64,000 bases of DNA, taken from contig JBGFRI010000004.1 of the NCBI GenBank assembly GCA_041695225.1, positions 53,683 through 117,682 of the forward strand, given 5' to 3'. Shown piece by piece: positions 41,312 to 52,869 of the stretch. Source of the stretch: Deinococcota bacterium. GTDB lineage: Bacteria; Deinococcota; Deinococci; Deinococcales; Thermaceae. The translations under genes were made by a program, and so were the position numbers. How positions within the stretch are numbered: the stretch's first letter is position 1; every line of letters begins with the position of its first letter. The notes under the pieces were generated by a model. It was not told the origin of the DNA. It was given only the letters and a program-made list of their open reading frames with translations, and ran no database searches.

Positions 41312-42082
41312 ATGATAGAAACCACCCCGGTCCAGCCTGCCATCGGGCGCCCGCCAGCAATGGCCCTCGAGATTCGCGACCTGACCGTGGTCTACCGCGA
41401 GCGACCGGTGCTGTGGGACGTGGACTTGCAGGTGCCGGCTGGGCAGCTCTGCGCCATTGTAGGCCCCAACGGGGCAGGTAAGACCACCCTGATTAAAGCT
41501 GCCCTGGGGCTGGTGAACAAAGCCTCGGGCCAGGTCAGGTTCTTTGGCCGGGACCTGGCCTCGGCCCGTGCCCAGATTGGCTACGTGCCCCAGCGAGGCA
41601 CGGTAGACTGGGACTTTCCCACCAGCGTGCTGGACGTGGTGATGATGGGGCTGTACGGCCGGCTGGGCTGGTTCAGGCGGCCCGGGCGGCTTCAGCGCGA
41701 GGCAGCCCTGCGCTGCTTGGAGCAGGTCTCCATGACCGAGTTTGCCCACCGGCAGATCTCGCAGCTTTCCGGCGGGCAGCAGCAGCGGGTCTTTCTAGCC
41801 CGTGCGCTGGCCCAGAGTTCCGATCTGTACTTCATGGACGAACCTTTTGCCGGGGTGGATGTGGTTACCGAGGAGGCCATTCTCAAGGTACTGCACGAAC
41901 TAAAGCAGCGGGGCAAAACGGTGCTGGTGGTACACCACGACCTCGAGACGGTGCGGCACTACTTCGACCACCTTACCCTGCTCAACGTCCAGGTAATTGC
42001 AAGCGGCCCCATCGAGCAAACCTTTACCCCAGAAAACCTCAAGGCCACTTACGGCGAAAGGCTGGTGGTGCATCAGATATGA
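41312..42082 (+). CDS. Metal ABC ATPase (TroB-like)
   Basis: [24 protein letters not shown]. Confidence 0.94.
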   Translation: MIETTPVQPAIGRPPAMALEIRDLTVVYRERPVLWDVDLQVPAGQLCAIVGPNGAGKTTLIKAALGLVNKASGQVRFFGRDLASARAQIGYVPQRGTVDWDFPTSVLDVVMMGLYGRLGWFRRPGRLQREAALRCLEQVSMTEFAHRQISQLSGGQQQRVFLARALAQSSDLYFMDEPFAGVDVVTEEAILKVLHELKQRGKTVLVVHHDLETVRHYFDHLTLLNVQVIASGPIEQTFTPENLKATYGERLVVHQI

Positions 42083-42408
42083 GGAACTGGCTAAAGCAAT
42101 TGCGCGACCGCCCGGGCAGCACTCAGGCGCTCAGACTGGGCGGTAAGCTGCTGCTATTACAGATCATTATCGAGATACCCTTTTTAATCCTCGAGGCCGG
42201 TCTTTTGTTCGGGGCACTCGCGGGTGGCGGGCTGGCCTTGTGGAAAAGCGCGCTTTTGGTCGCAGTGGTTTATCTGCTAATTGAATCGGGGTTCTGGCTG
42301 CTGCAACGCTGGCGTGGCAACCACCGCTACCGCTGGTTTGAGAGTGAGCGGGTAGTATTTAATTGGGCCTGGAGTCTGCTTCGCTCGCGCTTGAGACCAG
42401 CCTCCTGA
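42079..42408 (+). CDS. Small hypothetical membrane protein
   Basis: Hydrophobic segments; ATGA overlap with the ATPase gene. Confidence 0.6.
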   Translation: MRNWLKQLRDRPGSTQALRLGGKLLLLQIIIEIPFLILEAGLLFGALAGGGLALWKSALLVAVVYLLIESGFWLLQRWRGNHRYRWFESERVVFNWAWSLLRSRLRPAS

Positions 42409-42417
42409 GTTATCTGC

Positions 42418-43578
42418 ATGGACTTATGGTTACAGATTTTTACCGACTATACCCTGCGTAGCGTCTCCATCGGCTCGGCCCTGCTGGGGGTAATTGGGGG
42501 CGCGCTGGGGGCTTTTGCACTCCTCCGCCGACAGGGCATGCTGGGCGATGTACTGGCTCATGCCGCCCTGCCCGGCCTGGTGATCGCCTTCATGCTGGCC
42601 GGCATGAAGGTTCCCCTGACGCTGCTGATTGGTGGAGGGATAACCGGCTGGCTGGCCGCGATGCTGGTGATGGCGGTAATTCGCAACACCCGGCTGCCGG
42701 AGGACTCTGCCCTAGGGGTAATGCTGGGCAGTTTTTTTGGCCTGGGCGTGGTGCTGCTGACCTTTGTACAACAGCGTGGCTACCCCGATCAGGCCGGGCT
42801 GGACAAGTACATCTTCGGCCAGGCGGCCAGCATCATTACCGCCGACCTGGTCAATTTTGTGCTCCTGGGAGGCATTGCCATCATCTGCGTGGCCCTCTTC
42901 TACAAGGAGTTCAAGCTAATCTCCTTCGACCCGGCCTACGCCGCCAGCCTGGGTCTGCCGGTACGTGAACTGAGTATTCTGCTGACCTCGCTAACCGTAC
43001 TGGCGGTGATGGTGGGGCTACAGACCGTGGGGGTGGTGCTGATGGCGGCCATGCTAATTGCCCCTGCGGCTGCCGCCCGCCAGTGGACCGATAGGCTGGA
43101 CCGGATGATCCTGCTCTCGGGGCTGTTCGGCGCCGTGGCGGGGGTGAGCGGGGCGGTAATCTCGGCCACCCGCGAGCACCTTCCTACCGGTCCCTTGATT
43201 ATCTTGTCCATCAGCGTAATTCTGCTGGTCTCGCTAATGTTTGCCCCACTGCGCGGCCTGGTGTGGGACTGGCGGCGCACCTATCAGAACCGCCGGCGCA
43301 TGCGCCTACAGCGCCTGCTGCTGGACGCCCACCTGCTGCACAACCACCAGAACCTGAGCGCCCAAACCCTGGCCCTGCACCGGCGTGAACCGCTGGCCGT
43401 GGCGCAAAAGCAGCTGGAGGAGCTGCGCAGCCTGGGCTGGGCCGAGCCCTGGCGGCAAGGGTATGCCCTGACCCTGGCGGGCGAGCAAAAAGCGCACCAG
43501 CTCGAGCAAGCCATGCGCATTCTGCCCCGGGCCTCCCAGGCCCAGCCCCTGGGCTCCATACCAAGGGAGACACCATGA
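42418..43578 (+). CDS. Metal ABC permease (TroC-like) with a C-terminal wHTH-like extension
   Basis: DVLAHAALPG, FYKEFKL.SFD. Confidence 0.92.
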   Translation: MDLWLQIFTDYTLRSVSIGSALLGVIGGALGAFALLRRQGMLGDVLAHAALPGLVIAFMLAGMKVPLTLLIGGGITGWLAAMLVMAVIRNTRLPEDSALGVMLGSFFGLGVVLLTFVQQRGYPDQAGLDKYIFGQAASIITADLVNFVLLGGIAIICVALFYKEFKLISFDPAYAASLGLPVRELSILLTSLTVLAVMVGLQTVGVVLMAAMLIAPAAAARQWTDRLDRMILLSGLFGAVAGVSGAVISATREHLPTGPLIILSISVILLVSLMFAPLRGLVWDWRRTYQNRRRMRLQRLLLDAHLLHNHQNLSAQTLALHRREPLAVAQKQLEELRSLGWAEPWRQGYALTLAGEQKAHQLEQAMRILPRASQAQPLGSIPRETP

Positions 43579-44663
43579 GCGCCGACCTGGTAATTGTGCT
43601 CACTGCCATCCTGGTCTCGACGGCCGCGGCCCTGGTAGGTGTTTTTATGGTGCTAAGGCGCATGGCCCTGATGGCCGATGCCATCTCACACGCTGTGCTG
43701 CCCGGAATTGTGCTGGCTTTCTGGCTTACCAGCGGCGACCGGGCCAGCCTGCCTGCGCTGCTGGGGGCGGCATCGGCCGGGCTGGTAACCGTGACCCTGG
43801 TAGAGTGGCTCACCCGCACGGGCAGGGTCAAAAACGATGCCGCCATGGGCATCGTCTTTCCGGCCCTGTTTGGCCTGGGGGTGCTGGCAATTTCGCTTTT
43901 TTACCGCGATGTACACCTCGACCTGGATGCAGTTTTGTACGGCGAGATCGCTTTTGCGCCCTTCAACCTGATGGAGCTCTGGGGCCAGCAAATTCCCGAG
44001 TCGTGGGTGGTGATGGGCTCGCTGACCGCGCTCAATCTGCTCTTTATCACGCTGTTTTACAAAGAACTCAAGCTCTCTACCTTCGACCCTGGCCTGGCCG
44101 CTGCCCTTGGCTTTGTGCCAGGTGTGCTGCACTACGCCCTGATGGCCCTGGTCTCGCTCACCTCGGTGGGGGCTTTTCAGTCGGTGGGGGCTATTCTGAT
44201 TGTGGCTTTCCTGATCATCCCTCCGGCCACCGCCTACCTGCTGACCCAGCGCTTACCGCTAATGATTGTGCTGGCGGTGGGGGTGGGTGTGGTCTCGAGC
44301 CTGGCCGGCTATGCTCTGGCCATCTGGCTGGACGCCTCTATCGCCGGCATGATGGCCGCAGTAGCCGGTGTTTGCTTTGCCCTGGCCTTCTTTTTCTCGC
44401 CACTCGAGGGCCTTCTGACCACCCACCTGCGGCGGGAGCGCCAGCGCACCGAGTTTGCCGCGCGCCTGCTAATTGCCCACCTGGCCCACCACGACCGGCC
44501 GGTATCTGAGCAGGAGGTGCTGGAGGAGTTTGGCTGGAACCCCCAGTTCTTAAGGCGGGCCAGAGAAAAAGCCCTGCGGGCGGGCTGGCTCGAGGCCTCG
44601 AGCCAGGGGCTACGCCCCACCAACAGCGGGTTTGCCTTTAGCCAGAGCCCACGGCCCGAATAG
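43575..44663 (+). CDS. Metal ABC permease (TroD-like)
   Basis: DAISHAVLPG, FYKELKLSTFD. Confidence 0.92.
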   Translation: MSADLVIVLTAILVSTAAALVGVFMVLRRMALMADAISHAVLPGIVLAFWLTSGDRASLPALLGAASAGLVTVTLVEWLTRTGRVKNDAAMGIVFPALFGLGVLAISLFYRDVHLDLDAVLYGEIAFAPFNLMELWGQQIPESWVVMGSLTALNLLFITLFYKELKLSTFDPGLAAALGFVPGVLHYALMALVSLTSVGAFQSVGAILIVAFLIIPPATAYLLTQRLPLMIVLAVGVGVVSSLAGYALAIWLDASIAGMMAAVAGVCFALAFFFSPLEGLLTTHLRRERQRTEFAARLLIAHLAHHDRPVSEQEVLEEFGWNPQFLRRAREKALRAGWLEASSQGLRPTNSGFAFSQSPRPE

Positions 44664-44687
44664 AGCTCGAGTAACATGAAACAGGGC

Positions 44688-44795
44688 CTTCGACTTTCGA
44701 CCTTCCGCCTTCAGCTTTTGGCTTTCTGCCTTCGACACTTGACTTTCGACCTTCGACTTCCGGCCTTTAGCCTTCAACTTTCGACTTTCGACTGC
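44688..44795. repeat. Heptamer repeats (GACTTTC/GACCTTC-type)
   Basis: gactttc gaccttc cgccttc ... gactttc gaccttc gacttcc. Confidence 0.75.
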
Positions 44796-44851
44796 CCCTG
44801 CTGATACGCGCTAATGAGGTCTAAGAACCTGATTACCCTACCAACAGACGC

Positions 44852-45502
44852 CTACCGGCTGACCTCGATGCTGCTGCGGTTGCCGGCTACATCCACGGCG
44901 ATCAGGGTCACCCGACGGACCGGCACCTCGACATAAAAGTTGACCTCCCTACCCTTGGGCAGCGAGAGTGGATGGAAAGCTCCATCGTAATGCAGGGTGA
45001 CCCGATCTACCCCGGTGTCGTCTAGCACTCGCCCAGCAATTTGCAGGCTAGACTCGGTGCGGGCCGGCACTTGTTCCTCGGTGCCATCGGGCAGGGTGCG
45101 GGTGCGGGCTGGCTGCACCACCGTTACCACCCGCTCGGCCCGTTCGATGACAATCTGAGGGGGGCGGGCATCCAGCACCATCGGCAGGCGCACGGTGCGG
45201 GACTGGCCGCTCATATCGGTTGCATCTACCCGAATTTCCACCTGCCCCGACTGCGGGGCCTGTACCCGGAAGCTAAAGCGCACCAGCCTCTGGCCCCGGT
45301 TGGCTTCGGTAAGCAGTTCCTGCCCGCCCACCTTCACACTCTGTACCCCCACATCGTCCAGCGCATACCCCTGCACCTGCAACGAGCGCTGCGAGATGAC
45401 CCCGCTCTGTGGCTGGGTAATACCAATCAGGGGCGGCTGGCTATCCCCTGGCCGGTAACAAGCTGTAAGAAGCACCAAAAGAAGAAGGGGCGCGTAACGC
45501 AC
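44852..45502 (-). CDS. Hypothetical lipoprotein with Ig-like domains
   Basis: Lipobox LTAC; G.ALDD.GV..V and A.D.AGN motifs repeated. Confidence 0.7.
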   Translation of the reverse strand: MRYAPLLLLVLLTACYRPGDSQPPLIGITQPQSGVISQRSLQVQGYALDDVGVQSVKVGGQELLTEANRGQRLVRFSFRVQAPQSGQVEIRVDATDMSGQSRTVRLPMVLDARPPQIVIERAERVVTVVQPARTRTLPDGTEEQVPARTESSLQIAGRVLDDTGVDRVTLHYDGAFHPLSLPKGREVNFYVEVPVRRVTLIAVDVAGNRSSIEVSR

Positions 45503-45522
45503 CCCTCTATTTTAGCAGCGAA

Positions 45523-45975
45523 CTATGGTCTAAAGATGATACCTATGCGTCCGGAGAAGCCAGGGACCAAGGCAGCGGTGCCAGCAGCTGCCACTATCCC
45601 TGCACCGAGCTGCAGTTCACTATACAGACTGAAGCCAGCTTGAGGAACCTGCCACTCTACGCCGAACAGGCCGTGAGGAAATACAGTAATCACTGTTACT
45701 CCAAGCACTGACCCTATGCTTCCGCCTACACCTGCTCCGTAGTACCAGCTTAGAGCATCGCCTGGAGCAAATGGCGTCTCTGCGAGTATTAGCGCAACAT
45801 CACCTCCGAAGCCCCAGAGGCCAAGGCCTACACCGGCCCTGAAACCATCTGACTGAAACTGGACCCCAGCCAATGTGGGGAAGCCCGAGTAGATGCCGAA
45901 GCCTTGCGACTGGGCTTTACCGAGAGAGCCGAACGCCAGTGCAAACAAAACCAACAAGGGAACTAAACGTTTCAT
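45523..45975 (-). CDS. Small exported beta-barrel-like protein
   Basis: Signal peptide, alternating Gly/aromatic strands, C-terminal ..IIFRP. Confidence 0.6.
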   Translation of the reverse strand: MKRLVPLLVLFALAFGSLGKAQSQGFGIYSGFPTLAGVQFQSDGFRAGVGLGLWGFGGDVALILAETPFAPGDALSWYYGAGVGGSIGSVLGVTVITVFPHGLFGVEWQVPQAGFSLYSELQLGAGIVAAAGTAALVPGFSGRIGIIFRP

Positions 45976-46028
45976 TCTCTGCTCACCTCCAGGTGCAGTC
46001 TAACACACCCGTGCGCTTCAGTGTAACT

Positions 46029-47171
46029 TTAAGTGGTATAGTGAGCGTTAATCCTCACATATCCCTCGGTAAGGTCACAGCCCCAGGCTGTTCCCTGGCC
46101 CTGGCCCAGGCCAAGGTCGGCCTCGATCAGAACTTCCTCGGCTTTCATGGCCTGGCTGGCCTGGGACCGGTTAAAGTTCAGTACGCGGCCTGCGTACAGC
46201 CGAATGCCTTGCAGGGAAATTTGTATCCGGTCTAGCTCGAGGCTGGCCCCCGACTTTCCCAGCGCCATCATGATGCGGCCCCAGTTGGGGTCGTTGCCAT
46301 ACAGGGCGCTTTTCCACAAGGGGCTGGCTGCGACCGAGAGCGCGGCTTTGCGGGCCTCGGCATCGCTGGCGGCGCCGGTAACTTTTACGGTCATAAGTTT
46401 GGTGGCCCCTTCGCCATCGCGGGCTAGCTTACGGGCCAGTTCCACACAGACCTGTTCCACCGCCTGCCAGAACTCGCCCAGGTCTGCCGGCCCTGCTGCA
46501 CCGTTGGACAAGAGCACGGCCAGGTCGTTGGTAGAGGTATCGGTGTCTACCGTCACCTGGTTGAAGCTTTTATCCATCACACCCTGCCAGCCCTGGCGTA
46601 GCTCGTCCTGGACAATGGCGGCATCGGTGACCAGATAGGCCAGCATGGTGGCCATGCTGGGCTGAATCATGCCGCTGCCTTTACAGATGCCCACCACCCG
46701 CGCTCCGGTGGAGAGGGAGGCTTCGGCCATTTTGGGCACCAGGTCGGTGGTCATGATGGCCTCCATGAAGGGGTCAATATCCAGACCCAGGGCAATACTG
46801 GGGAGTCCCTTCTCAATTTTCTCTACTGGCAATGGCTGGCCAATCACCCCGGTGGAACTGGTCAGGACAGCCTCGGGCGCAATGTTTAGCTGTGCGGCAG
46901 CGAGCTGGGCCATCTGCTGGTCGGCCAGAAACCCCTGTTCGCCGGTAGCACAGTTGGCGTTGCCCGCATTGACCACAATCGCTTGCAGTGGCTTCCCGGT
47001 CGCCAGAAGTTGGCGGCCCCGAATTACGCTGGGGGCGGCGGCCCGGTTGAGGGTTCCCACAAAAGCCCAGTTGCAGGGCCTAGCCGAGACCAGAAGCGCC
47101 AGATCGGGCCTGCCAGAAGGCTTAATTCCAGCCTGGGTCGCACCCGCACGAAAACCAGTTGGCAGTCGCAT
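46029..47171 (-). CDS. argJ: Ornithine acetyltransferase
   Basis: [33 protein letters not shown]. Confidence 0.96.
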   Translation of the reverse strand: MRLPTGFRAGATQAGIKPSGRPDLALLVSARPCNWAFVGTLNRAAAPSVIRGRQLLATGKPLQAIVVNAGNANCATGEQGFLADQQMAQLAAAQLNIAPEAVLTSSTGVIGQPLPVEKIEKGLPSIALGLDIDPFMEAIMTTDLVPKMAEASLSTGARVVGICKGSGMIQPSMATMLAYLVTDAAIVQDELRQGWQGVMDKSFNQVTVDTDTSTNDLAVLLSNGAAGPADLGEFWQAVEQVCVELARKLARDGEGATKLMTVKVTGAASDAEARKAALSVAASPLWKSALYGNDPNWGRIMMALGKSGASLELDRIQISLQGIRLYAGRVLNFNRSQASQAMKAEEVLIEADLGLGQGQGTAWGCDLTEGYVRINAHYTT

Positions 47172-47257
47172 AGCAGAAGGATATCCTGCGGCCAAGCGGT
47201 TGGGAAAGTGGAAGGCTGCTCTTGCCAAACCGGTAAACTTGCAACCAGAAGCAATGA

Positions 47258-47347
47258 GCGATAAACTTATACCAAGTTCAATTTTGTGGTGACTGGAGAA
47301 CAAAATGCTGACCACACCCGAAAAAGTCGCGTTCTTGCTGCTGCTGG
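47258..47347 (+). repeat. About 90-bp direct repeat, copy 1 (promoter, FadR box and first codons of the Fe-S oxidoreductase gene)
   Basis: Near-identical to 48448-48541. Confidence 0.9.
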
Positions 47348-47478
47348 TCTCCGGCCTGCGGTGGCGTCTCAAGCACACGCCTGCCGCTGAACTCCTCCGT
47401 CAGGCGGCGGTATCCCTGGAAAGACTCAAGTCCAAAAACCAGGTAGAATCAAGGTACAACAGGAGTAGATCGGCATGA
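47305..47478 (+). CDS. Chimeric 57-aa leader ORF coupled to the antitoxin
   Basis: [14 protein letters not shown] (duplicated start) reads through the attC remnant to a TGA overlapping the antitoxin ATG. Confidence 0.4.
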   Translation: MLTTPEKVAFLLLLVSGLRWRLKHTPAAELLRQAAVSLERLKSKNQVESRYNRSRSA

Positions 47479-47726
47479 ACACACGGCAAATCACCCTGGA
47501 TATCCCCGAAAAGGTACTCCTAGCAGAAAAGACCGATGCAGCCGCCTTCGCTCGCGAAGTGCGCATCTTAGCCGCGGTAAAGCTCTATGAACTCGGGCGG
47601 TTATCATCCGGTCGGGCGGCTGAGCTGGCGGGAATGCCGCGCGTCGAGTTCTTATTAGCTTTGGGCCGATACAAGGTATTTCCGTTTCAGGCAGAACTAA
47701 GCGACCTGGAACAACAAGATGCCTGA
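47475..47726 (+). CDS. UPF0175 family antitoxin
   Basis: AVKLYELGRLSSGRAAELAGM.RVEF. Confidence 0.88.
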   Translation: MNTRQITLDIPEKVLLAEKTDAAAFAREVRILAAVKLYELGRLSSGRAAELAGMPRVEFLLALGRYKVFPFQAELSDLEQQDA

Positions 47727-48216
47727 CGCAATCAGTAATACTTCGCCGCTGGTCTATCTTTACCGCATCCAGGTGGTTGAGTGGCTCCCCAGGCTATTCA
47801 GTAACGTCTGGGTGCCAACGGCCGTGGTGGAAGAGCTTATGGAAGGTCAACGCCGAGGGTTTGATCTTCCTGATTTCAGCACCTACAGCTGGCTTCAGAT
47901 TATCGAACCCCGCGCCACTCCATCAGAGTGGTTATCCCTGGATCTGGGACCGGGGGAACTGGCGGCCATGGCTTTAGCACTGGAAAACAAAAATCATATT
48001 GTTCTTCTGGATGACATGCTGGCGCGTCGAACGGCACATGCCGCCGGCCTGAAGGTGTGGGGGACGTTGAAGGTATTGTTGGAAGCCAAATCACAGGGGT
48101 TGACCGATACCATAGAACCCTTCGTCAACCGCCTGAGCGAAGCAGGAATGTGGCTATCGGAAGGTATCCGTGAGCGCATCCTGGCACTTGCCGGTGAAAC
48201 CCCTCCAAAGGCATGA
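47719..48216 (+). CDS. DUF3368 PIN-like toxin
   Basis: ISNTSPL, LGPGELAA, LLDD..ARR, GTL..LL.AK. Confidence 0.88.
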   Translation: MPDAISNTSPLVYLYRIQVVEWLPRLFSNVWVPTAVVEELMEGQRRGFDLPDFSTYSWLQIIEPRATPSEWLSLDLGPGELAAMALALENKNHIVLLDDMLARRTAHAAGLKVWGTLKVLLEAKSQGLTDTIEPFVNRLSEAGMWLSEGIRERILALAGETPPKA

Positions 48217-48310
48217 GGGCGGCGCCTAATTGCTAGACATACAGACACACCCGTGTGTTTGGAACACAAACCCGTAGCAGCCGAGGTCGATGGAGACCGG
48301 GTGCGAGCCG

Positions 48311-48378
48311 TCATCCTCAGCTAAATCAGCTATGGTACGCGCCACCCGTAGAGTATGGTCGTAACTCCTGTCTAAAAG
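48311..48378 (-). pseudogene. Fragment of a comM/yifB C-terminus
   Basis: RSYDHTLRVARTIADLA resembles the ComM C-terminal motif. Confidence 0.55.
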
Positions 48379-48456
48379 GGGCTTGTAGTGCGTAGAAATC
48401 TGGTATGAGTTGAAGGCTTTTATGGCCCTTGAAGCCAAAGGGTAGAGGCGATAAGC

Positions 48457-48471
48457 TTATACCAAGTTCAA
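48457..48471. promoter_or_regulatory. Thermus FadR-type box (identical copy at 47267-47281)
   Basis: TTATACCAAGTTCAA is a 15/15 match to TTRNACYNRGTNYAA and overlaps the -10. Confidence 0.75.
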
Positions 48472-48495
48472 TTTTGTGGTGACTGGAGAACAAAA

Positions 48496-50553
48496 ATGCT
48501 GACCACACCCGAAAAAGTTGCGTTTTTGCTGCTGCTGCTGGCCTCAATTTATTTTGGCGGCGGTGCGCTTTACCGTGTGTACCGGGCCATCCGCCGGGGC
48601 CAGCCAGAAGACCGTTTCGACCACCTTGCCGCCCGGCTGGGCCGGGCCCTGTGGCAGGTCCTGACCATGCAGACCGTCTTCAAAACCCGCCCCTGGGCCA
48701 GCCTGCTGCACTCCCTGGTCTTCTATGGCTTTGTGTTTTTCCTGCTGGTGAACCTGGTAGAGGTCCTGGAGGGGCTATTTCCCTTCAAGGCCCAGGGAGG
48801 TCTGTGGAACATCTACAACCTGGTGGCCGATATTCTTACTGCGCTGATTCTGGTTGGAATTGTGGGGCTGCTAATTCGCCGATTTTCCTCTATCGGGCGT
48901 AAAGAATTCACCTGGAACGACAAAACCCCAGTGCATGAGAAAGTGAAAAGCGGCATCCCCAGCGACTCGGCCATTGTGGGCGGTTTCATCTTCTTCCATG
49001 TGGGCAGCAAGTTATTACACAAGGCCGCCCACGCCGCCAACCCCGCCCATGACCCTGACCCTTATCAGCCGGTGGCTACTCTGGTGTCGGGCCTTTTTGT
49101 GGGGCTGGATGTAGGCCACATTGTGATACTGGAACACCTGTTCTGGTGGTTTGCTATCGGGTCCATTCTGCTCTTCATCCCATATTTTGCCCGCTCCAAG
49201 CACATCCACCTGTTTATGGCTCCGCTCAACCTGGCCTTCAAAAAGGATAAGCCGGGGGCCTTGCTGCCCATTGCTAAGAACTTTGAGGAGCTCGAGAAGC
49301 TGGAGAAATTTGGCGTGGCCCGGCTGGAAGACTTTAGCTGGCCCCGCCTGCTGGATGCCTATAGCTGCATCATGTGCAACCGTTGCCAGGAGGTCTGCCC
49401 GGCCTACACCACCGGCAAAGCCCTCTCGCCCGCTGCCATTCTGATCAACGAGCGCTACGAGCTAAACCAGATCCTCCCGGCCTTCGCCGCTGGTCAGGAG
49501 AGCCCCCGCCCGCTCATGGACTTTGCTTTGAACGACGAGAGCATCTGGGCCTGCACAACCTGCAATGCCTGTATAGAGATTTGTCCGGTTGGCAACGAGC
49601 AGATGCTGCACATCCTGGACGTTCGGCGTGAGCGGGTGATGATGCAGGGTGAGTTCCCCGCCCAGCTGAACAACGCCTTTAAGGGCATGGAGCGCAATGG
49701 CAACCCCTGGAACCTGGGGGCCGATAAGCGCATGGACTGGGCCGAGGGTCTGGGCTTCGAGGTGCAGACCGTGACGCAAAACCCCCAGGCCGAGGTGCTC
49801 TACTGGGTGGGCTGTGCGCCGTCTTACGACCCCCGGGCCCAGAAGACCGCCCGGGCCTTTGCCCAGATCCTGCACGAGTCGGGCGCTAGCTGGGCTGTGC
49901 TGGGCAAGCAGGAGAAATGCACCGGCGACAGCGCCCGGCGGGCTGGCAACGAGTTTTTGTTCATGCAGCTGGCGACCGAGAATGTCGCCACGCTCAATGC
50001 CGCAATGGAGGCCGGGCCCAAGACCATTGTGACCACCTGCCCCCACTGTTTCCACACCCTGGCGGGCGAGTACCAGGACTTTGGCGGCACCTACCAGGTC
50101 AGGCACCACACCGAGTACATCGCCGAGCTGATTGACGCCAAAAAGCTCGAGCTCATCCCCATGGCGGGCGACGTGACCTTTCACGACCCCTGCTACCTGG
50201 GGCGGCACAACAACCTGGTGGCCCAGCCCCGCCAGGTCCTGCAAGCTAGCGGCCTGAAGCTGCTCGAGCCCCCTCGCCACGGCAAGAACAGCTTTTGCTG
50301 CGGGGCGGGTGGGGCGCAGTTCTGGAAGGAGGAAGAGCCCGGCCAGGAGCGGGTCTCGGCCAACCGTTACCGCGAGCTGAAGGGCACCAGGGCCGAGACC
50401 ATCGCGGTGGGCTGCCCCTTCTGTATGCAGATGATGAACCTCGAGACCGCCCAGGAGCTCGAGGGACAGTCTCCCCAGGTGCTGGACATCTCCGAGCTGG
50501 TGGTTCAGAGTCTCAAGCGCAGGTCGGTGGAGGCTGAAGAGGCCGGGGACTGA
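48496..50553 (+). CDS. Membrane Fe-S oxidoreductase (FadF/heterodisulfide reductase-like)
   Basis: TM region, two CxxCxxCxxxCP motifs, two CCG-type domains. Confidence 0.9.
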   Translation: MLTTPEKVAFLLLLLASIYFGGGALYRVYRAIRRGQPEDRFDHLAARLGRALWQVLTMQTVFKTRPWASLLHSLVFYGFVFFLLVNLVEVLEGLFPFKAQGGLWNIYNLVADILTALILVGIVGLLIRRFSSIGRKEFTWNDKTPVHEKVKSGIPSDSAIVGGFIFFHVGSKLLHKAAHAANPAHDPDPYQPVATLVSGLFVGLDVGHIVILEHLFWWFAIGSILLFIPYFARSKHIHLFMAPLNLAFKKDKPGALLPIAKNFEELEKLEKFGVARLEDFSWPRLLDAYSCIMCNRCQEVCPAYTTGKALSPAAILINERYELNQILPAFAAGQESPRPLMDFALNDESIWACTTCNACIEICPVGNEQMLHILDVRRERVMMQGEFPAQLNNAFKGMERNGNPWNLGADKRMDWAEGLGFEVQTVTQNPQAEVLYWVGCAPSYDPRAQKTARAFAQILHESGASWAVLGKQEKCTGDSARRAGNEFLFMQLATENVATLNAAMEAGPKTIVTTCPHCFHTLAGEYQDFGGTYQVRHHTEYIAELIDAKKLELIPMAGDVTFHDPCYLGRHNNLVAQPRQVLQASGLKLLEPPRHGKNSFCCGAGGAQFWKEEEPGQERVSANRYRELKGTRAETIAVGCPFCMQMMNLETAQELEGQSPQVLDISELVVQSLKRRSVEAEEAGD

Positions 50554-50602
50554 TGGCATTTCTACTCATGGCTTTTCTGCTTCGGGAAAACCAAAACAAC
50601 AC

Positions 50603-50820
50603 TAAGAGGATGTTCGGAAAATACCAGGCCACTCAGATTCTCAGGAGAGCTTCGATGAACACGGGATCTGAAGCAACGGCCACTCGAACCCCCTCTCCCA
50701 AGCTTGGGAGAGGGTTGGGGTGAGGGTTGAATGACGCCAGAGACGCCGTGGTTTGCTCAGCACGCACCCTCACCCGGCCTCTCCCACAGGGGGAGAGGAG
50801 ATTTTGCGAACGCCCTCTAA
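50603..50820. mobile_element. MITE-like element, family D
   Basis: Imperfect TIRs taagaggatgttcggaaaa / ttttgcgaacgccctctaa; internal ccctctccc...gggagaggg hairpins; homolog at 62951-63410. Confidence 0.7.
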
Positions 50821-50881
50821 GAGGGCCTTGGCGTGGCCTCTCACCCGCCCCGATGGTATAGGGGTTTGCTACACTGGGGCC

Positions 50882-51445
50882 ATGCCCCGCTCGAATCCAG
50901 TTCGGCGAACCACCCTTGAAGAGTTTCTGGAACTCGAGGCTCGGTCCCAGTCCCGCCACGAGTTTGTGGATGGCCTGATGTTTGCGATGGCGGGTGGAAC
51001 CGACTACCACAATCGCCTGACCACGCGGTTCCTGGTGACGATTTTTAGTGCGGCAGAGGAAGCTGGATGTGATGTATTTGCCGAGAATATGTTGCTAAAG
51101 GCGGGTACTGGGATTTATTATCCCGACGTTTTTGTGACTTGCGACGAACCCTTACAAGGAGCCGTTTTAAAACATACCGCCTGCCTGGTAGTCGAGGTGC
51201 TTTCCGAGGCCACCGAGGCCATTGACCGTGGCGAAAAGCTGTTAAACTACCAAAAGCTGCCCGGCTTGCAGGCTTACCTGCTTGTTTCACAGAACGAAAA
51301 AAGGGTGGAAGTCTTCAGGCGGATGAACGATGGTGGATGGCGCTACGAGGCCATAGAAGAAGGAGAATTGCAACTGCCTTGTGTAAACGTAACTTTGGAC
51401 ATCGAGAGTCTTTACCGGGGCATCAAGTTCGATCCAACTCCATAG
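50882..51445 (+). CDS. Uma2 family endonuclease
   Basis: HEFVDG, YYPDV, VEVLS, DRGEK. Confidence 0.9.
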   Translation: MPRSNPVRRTTLEEFLELEARSQSRHEFVDGLMFAMAGGTDYHNRLTTRFLVTIFSAAEEAGCDVFAENMLLKAGTGIYYPDVFVTCDEPLQGAVLKHTACLVVEVLSEATEAIDRGEKLLNYQKLPGLQAYLLVSQNEKRVEVFRRMNDGGWRYEAIEEGELQLPCVNVTLDIESLYRGIKFDPTP

Positions 51446-51675
51446 GGCACGACGTGCCAGCAGGCCGACTACCCAGGTAACGAAACACTGCTGTGGCTGC
51501 TCCCACCTGGCCATATAGTGTGGCCCCCGGTATTGAAGTCCTGGGGGCAGCCTGGGTAGACTGGCGGCGTACCAGGTTAGTCCCCGATGGGCTCGCCCAG
51601 GCGAGGTCTCACAGCGCGGGAATCGGGTACGGGCTGGTGCGGCTATGCTGCACCAACTCAATGCAGGAGGCCATA

Positions 51676-52821
<1,146 letters not shown>

Positions 52822-52869
52822 ATGCCAACCGTTAAATCGTCGGCTTTCATCTGCTTTGAGCTGGCGATC

